Of a DNA stretch of 64,000 nucleotides, positions 58,719 to 64,000 are shown piece after piece. The notes beneath the pieces were generated by a model. The model did no database searches and was not told the origin of the DNA. It saw nothing but the letters and a program-made list of their open reading frames with translations. Location: NCBI GenBank assembly GCA_035063585.1, contig JAPSGB010000008.1:160001-224000 (forward strand), read 5' to 3'. The stretch comes from Polyangiaceae bacterium. Its GTDB lineage: Bacteria; Myxococcota_A; Polyangia; Polyangiales; Polyangiaceae. The translations under genes and the position numbers were made by a program. How positions within the stretch are numbered: the stretch's first letter is position 1; every line of letters starts with the position of its first letter.

Positions 58719-59597
58719 ATGATCTCCGAGCCGCTCATTCCGTTCATTCAGATCCCGGATCTGGTCCTCATCCCTCAAGGCCGGTTCGGCAGCGGTTTTC
58801 CCCCGGTGCCGTTCTCGATCAAGCCGTTCGGGACGCTGGTCGCGATCGCGGTATACCTCGGCGCGTACCTGGCGATCCGAGAAGGCAAGCGACGTGGGCT
58901 CAGCGAGCGCGCCCTCACCTCGTTCATCTTCTGGGTGGTCGTCGCTGGGTTCGTCGGCGGCCACGTCCTCGACACCCTATTTTACTACCCGGGCCGCGTG
59001 CTGTCCGATCCGGCCTCGCTGCTCAGGCTATGGGACGGCCTCTCGAGCTTCGGGGGGTTCATCGGAGCCCTGTGCGGAGTGATGCTCTGGAAGTGGCGGT
59101 ACCGAGTCGGCGTGCTTCCGTACGCGGATGTGGTCGCGAGCGCGTTCCCCGCGGCGTGGGTCTTCGGGCGCGCCGGCTGTGCCGTGGCCCATGATCATCC
59201 CGGGCTCCGCAGCGCCGCCTGGTTTGCGGTTCAGTACCCGGACGGCGGGCGCTTCGATCTCGGCCTGTACGAGATGCTCCTCACGATTCCGCTCGCGATC
59301 GTGTTCCTCCTGCTCAGGCGCAAGCCGCGGCCTTGGGGCTTTTACCTCGCGGTGATGTCCATCGCGTACGCGCCGGTCCGCTTCGGGCTCGATTTTCTGA
59401 GGGCGCGTGACGTCGAGGTGCCCGACGAGCGTTACCTCGGCCTGACGCCTGCGCAGTGGGCGTGCTTCGGGCTGCTCGCGGTAGGAGTGACGCTCCTCCT
59501 TCGCGCGCGCCGGGGCACGGACGCGCCAGGAGCGCTCGCTGCGCCGGAGCCGCCCGAGCGACTCCGCGCGAGCGCGGCTGCGGGCCACCCGAGCTGA
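58719..59597 (+). CDS. lgt: Prolipoprotein diacylglyceryl transferase (Lgt) family protein, divergent
   Basis: IPFI, GLSSFGG, FGRAGC, LYE, RFGLDFLR, GLTPAQW; multiple TMs. Confidence 0.8.
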   Translation: MISEPLIPFIQIPDLVLIPQGRFGSGFPPVPFSIKPFGTLVAIAVYLGAYLAIREGKRRGLSERALTSFIFWVVVAGFVGGHVLDTLFYYPGRVLSDPASLLRLWDGLSSFGGFIGALCGVMLWKWRYRVGVLPYADVVASAFPAAWVFGRAGCAVAHDHPGLRSAAWFAVQYPDGGRFDLGLYEMLLTIPLAIVFLLLRRKPRPWGFYLAVMSIAYAPVRFGLDFLRARDVEVPDERYLGLTPAQWACFGLLAVGVTLLLRARRGTDAPGALAAPEPPERLRASAAAGHPS

Positions 59598-59607
59598 GCC
59601 CGGCGCG

Positions 59608-60534
59608 TCACGCGCGGAGCCGGAGCGCGCCCTGGGCGACCCGAGCGCGCAGCGGCAGGCGGCCGGGCGTCTCGCCGTCCATGTCGATGAGGACCTCGTC
59701 GCCGGCCCTCGACGGCGCTGCCTCCACGAGCGCGCCGCGCGTCACCTGGACGCCCGGCGAGCCGGGGTGCGTGCCACGGTAGATCTTGTACGCGAGCCCG
59801 ATCCCCTGAGCCCGGGTGAGGTCGTAGAGCGCGACCACGTCGAACAGCCCGTCGGAAGGATCGGCGTCCGGTGCGATCTTCATTCCGCCGCCGAAATAGC
59901 GGCCGTTGGCGATGGCGACGTTCAGGATGGGGCCTTCGAGGCAAGGCCTTCCATCGACTCGCACGACGACCGGCGCGTTCCGATAACTCGCCATCGCGCG
60001 CAGCGTCCCGAAGAAGAACGCCGCGCGCCCGCCCATCCACTTCGGGCTCGCGTTGACCACGCGATCGGTGAGTCCACCGAGCCCGAAGCTCGCGATGTTG
60101 AGGAAGGCCTTGGTTCGAGGCTCGCCCTCGTCGGAGGTCAGCGAGAGGAGCCCGAGGTCGAGCGGTCGCGGCGCGCTCTCCACCAATCGCCGCACCGCGC
60201 TCTCGATGTCGTCCCCGAGCGCGAAGGTCTTGCGGAAGTCGCCGCCGGTGCCGGCAGGGATGAGCGCCAGATCGGGCCCCGCGACGGGTTCGCCGCGGTC
60301 GTCGAGGTAGGCTTGACCGACCTCGTTGATGGTGCCGTCACCGCCGACCACGGCGACGCAGTCCGCGCCGTCGAGGCGCGCCTCGCGCGCGAGGCGGGTC
60401 GCGTCACCGGGCGCGCTGGTCTGGACGATGCGGTGACGGACCCCCGCGCGCCCGAGCGCGGCCTCGATTTCCGGAATCCTCCGGCCCGCCGCGCCGCTGC
60501 CCGCCTTGGGATTCACGACTACCCGGACGTCCAC
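59608..60534 (-). CDS. Diacylglycerol/lipid kinase family protein (YegS/BmrU)
   Basis: NPKAG, GGDGTINEV, PAGTGGDF, NGRYFGGG, DGE. Confidence 0.92.
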   Translation of the reverse strand: MDVRVVVNPKAGSGAAGRRIPEIEAALGRAGVRHRIVQTSAPGDATRLAREARLDGADCVAVVGGDGTINEVGQAYLDDRGEPVAGPDLALIPAGTGGDFRKTFALGDDIESAVRRLVESAPRPLDLGLLSLTSDEGEPRTKAFLNIASFGLGGLTDRVVNASPKWMGGRAAFFFGTLRAMASYRNAPVVVRVDGRPCLEGPILNVAIANGRYFGGGMKIAPDADPSDGLFDVVALYDLTRAQGIGLAYKIYRGTHPGSPGVQVTRGALVEAAPSRAGDEVLIDMDGETPGRLPLRARVAQGALRLRA

Positions 60535-60737
60535 GGCGACCAGCTTACACGGCCTGGGCCGGTCCGGCGCCGGTCGTCGCAGAGCCCCGCCGGCCGCGCC
60601 GGACCGGCGACCCGCTCGCCATGGCCACTTGACGGCCCACCCGGTCGAGATATCGTGAATTCTGCCTCCCCGGTCGGAAGGTCACACCTCTGTGCGCCGA
60701 ACGACCGCAACATCATCGTTCAAGAAGGTTAGCGGGT

Positions 60738-61583
60738 ATGTCGACCGAGGATGCATGCAAGCTCTTCGTAGCTGGCTTGCCGGACTCCATCAGTGAAGAC
60801 GGTCTGCGTGAGCTCTTCGAAGAGCTCGGCGTGAGCGTCGCCAACGTCAGCTTGCCGCGCGATCGCAGCACGGGTCGACCACGCGGCTTCGGGTTCGTGA
60901 CCCTCGCGACGCCGGCCGAGGCCGAGCGCGCGCGAGCGTCACTCGATGGGTCGCTGCAATCGGGTCGACCGATGTCGGTGCGCCCCTTCCAGTCCGAGCC
61001 GCCGCGGCGCGGTGAGTCGCGCGGGGACGCCGGGCCTGGCCCGAGCCCGGGCGCGGCAGGCGGGGATCGTACGCTCTACGTCGGCAACCTGCCCTACGAC
61101 GCGAACTCGTCCGATATCGAGACGCTCTTCCGCGAGCTCGGCGCAGGTCCGGTCGCGCGCGTGCATCTGCCGGTTGGCCCGGACGGTCGCCCGCGCGGGT
61201 TCGGCTTCATCACGCTGCCGAGCGCGGAAGCGGCAGCGAGCGCACTCGACGCGCTCCGAGACGCGGAGTTCCGCGGTCGGCGGCTCATGATCAACATCGC
61301 GCATCCGCGCGGTGAGCGGAGCGAGCGACCAGAGCGCTCGCGAGCCCCGCGTCGCGAGGAAGGGGGAGGCGGGCCCGAGCACCGAGAGCGCTTCGCGCCT
61401 CCGCCGATCCAGGCCCCCGACGCGGTCGATCCGCGGCGCGCCGAGGGACGCCGTCGAGCGACCAAACCGGAGCGCACCGAGGCGGACAACCGCAAGAAGC
61501 GCGGCGCGGGCGCTCGCGCGAAAGGGGAGGAGCCGAACCGTCGCGGGCGTTCGGGCTGGCAGGACTGGGACGACGAGGACTGA
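60738..61583 (+). CDS. RNA-binding protein with two RRM domains and a charged tail
   Basis: RNP2/RNP1 pairs LFVAGL...RGFGFV and LYVGNL...RGFGFI. Confidence 0.9.
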   Translation: MSTEDACKLFVAGLPDSISEDGLRELFEELGVSVANVSLPRDRSTGRPRGFGFVTLATPAEAERARASLDGSLQSGRPMSVRPFQSEPPRRGESRGDAGPGPSPGAAGGDRTLYVGNLPYDANSSDIETLFRELGAGPVARVHLPVGPDGRPRGFGFITLPSAEAAASALDALRDAEFRGRRLMINIAHPRGERSERPERSRAPRREEGGGGPEHRERFAPPPIQAPDAVDPRRAEGRRRATKPERTEADNRKKRGAGARAKGEEPNRRGRSGWQDWDDED

Positions 61584-61694
61584 CCGAGCGCGGGGAATTT
61601 CCGCGACTTGAAGCGAGAGCGCGCGGGTCGTTGCCGGCCCATGGGCCGGCCGGGGAAGGGTGGCGGATTGCGCCGCGGCGCGGGCGCGTGCTAG

Positions 61695-62834
<1,140 letters not shown>

Positions 62835-62909
62835 CGACCCCAAGGGCGCTCGGCTCGTCTCGTGACACCGGGAGGGGGCCTGGGAATAGCTCATGGGCGA
62901 GAGGCGAGA

Positions 62910-63785
62910 GTGGGTTCGTTTCGACGCTACCGTGACATCGTCATCGTCATGCTCCTCTTGGCGGTGCCGTTCTTCTTTCTCCGCGCGAGCATTCGGCGCC
63001 CGGAGGATCTGAACGTCGTCGATCGCACCGTCCTGCGAGTCGCGGCGCCCTTCCAGTATGCGGCGGCGGTGCTGGCGCGCGGTGTATCGAGCATCGTCAG
63101 CGACTACATCTACTTGGTCGACGTCAAGGCAGACAACGATCGCCTCGCCTACGACAACGCGCGCCTCCGCGCCAAGAACCGCGAACTCACGGCGGCGGCG
63201 GCAGAGAATCACCGGTTGAAGCGCCTCCTTGGACTCCGCGAGACGGTCCCGAACGAGACGGTGAGCGCGGTCGTGATCGGCAAGGACACGACCGAGTATT
63301 TTCGCGTCGCCCACCTCGTGCTCGACAATCCTGGCGTCGCGGTGCGCCCGGGAATGCCGGTGGTCTCCCTGGATGGCACGGTGGGCACCGTGTTTCGGGT
63401 CGCTGGCGGAACGGTGGACGTGCAGTTGACGGTGGACAGCGGCTTCGGCGTCGACGTCGTCTCGGAGCGAACCCAAGCGCGCGGCTTCGTCCGTGGCACC
63501 GGAGACCGTATGCGCTACACCGTGCGGGTGGAGTACGTGCAGCGCACCGATGAGATCGACGTCGGAGATCTCCTGCTCACGAGCGGAGTCGGCTGCCGGT
63601 TCCCCAAAGGGCTGCCGGTGGCTCGTGTCACCAAGGTGACCAAGCGAGACTTCGGCATCTATCAAGAGGTCGAGGCGGAGCCGACCGTGGATTTCTCGCG
63701 GCTCGAGGACGCCCTCATCGTCCTCACCGACACCAAGGACTGCGATCCCAAGAGCGGCGGCCACGGTCCGAGGGCGAAGCGTTGA
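62910..63785 (+). CDS. mreC: Rod shape-determining protein MreC
   Basis: TM, coiled coil ENHRLKRLL, GDLLLTSG..FPKGLPV; follows mreB. Confidence 0.93.
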   Translation: MGSFRRYRDIVIVMLLLAVPFFFLRASIRRPEDLNVVDRTVLRVAAPFQYAAAVLARGVSSIVSDYIYLVDVKADNDRLAYDNARLRAKNRELTAAAAENHRLKRLLGLRETVPNETVSAVVIGKDTTEYFRVAHLVLDNPGVAVRPGMPVVSLDGTVGTVFRVAGGTVDVQLTVDSGFGVDVVSERTQARGFVRGTGDRMRYTVRVEYVQRTDEIDVGDLLLTSGVGCRFPKGLPVARVTKVTKRDFGIYQEVEAEPTVDFSRLEDALIVLTDTKDCDPKSGGHGPRAKR

Positions 63786-63792
63786 GCGTGCC

Positions 63793-64000
63793 ATGCGCAA
63801 CGCGTCGTTTCTCGCGGTCGGTATCCTCCTCATCCTGGTGCAGTCGAATTTATACCGGCTGCTCGGCTCGTTTCACGTTCACGGCGCGACCCCCAGCCTG
63901 ATCTTGCCGGTCGTCATCTTCCTCGGCGTCCATGAGCAGAGCATGGCGCGGGGCGCTTCGCTCTGCTTCGTCTTGGGGTACCTGCTCGACCTATTCGCCT
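63793..64000 (+). CDS. mreD: Rod shape-determining protein MreD (3'-truncated)
   Basis: Hydrophobic ORF MRNASFLAVGILLILVQ...PSLIL...GYLLDLF directly after mreC. Confidence 0.85.
   Translation, partial: MRNASFLAVGILLILVQSNLYRLLGSFHVHGATPSLILPVVIFLGVHEQSMARGASLCFVLGYLLDLFA

Overview
Very GC-rich, gene-dense chromosomal window, most likely from a myxobacterium (Myxococcota; supported by a TIGR02266-type PilZ gene, Glt-family genes and many myxobacterial-style lipoproteins). I found no rRNA, tRNA, CRISPR array or mobile element. The most notable region is 2.2-18.6 kb. An ECF sigma/anti-sigma pair sits divergent from a translationally coupled Glt/Nfs-like trans-envelope operon (coiled-coil protein, GltC-, GltD-, GltE- and GltF-like proteins, a degenerate ExbB/TolQ-like protein and a GltG-like protein). 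Directly downstream are a secreted protein, a Wzp/EpsX-type beta-barrel and a short OPX polysaccharide export protein, and GT-C glycosyltransferase genes lie on both sides. A second accessory block (25.6-30 kb) has an ACP and two natural KS-CLF didomain fusions. The rest is mostly housekeeping: maf, rluD, MoxR, ygfZ, mazG, rlmN, biotin carboxylase, phosphomannomutase, an M16 pair, lepA, a RluB/RsuA-family gene, pepP, an lgt-like gene and mreBCD. Oddities there include a class II GATase with Cys1 replaced by Ala, a C2-PDZ lipoprotein, a tandem-RRM protein, probable CTG starts and operator-like palindromes. All calls come from reading motifs by eye; no database searches were run.
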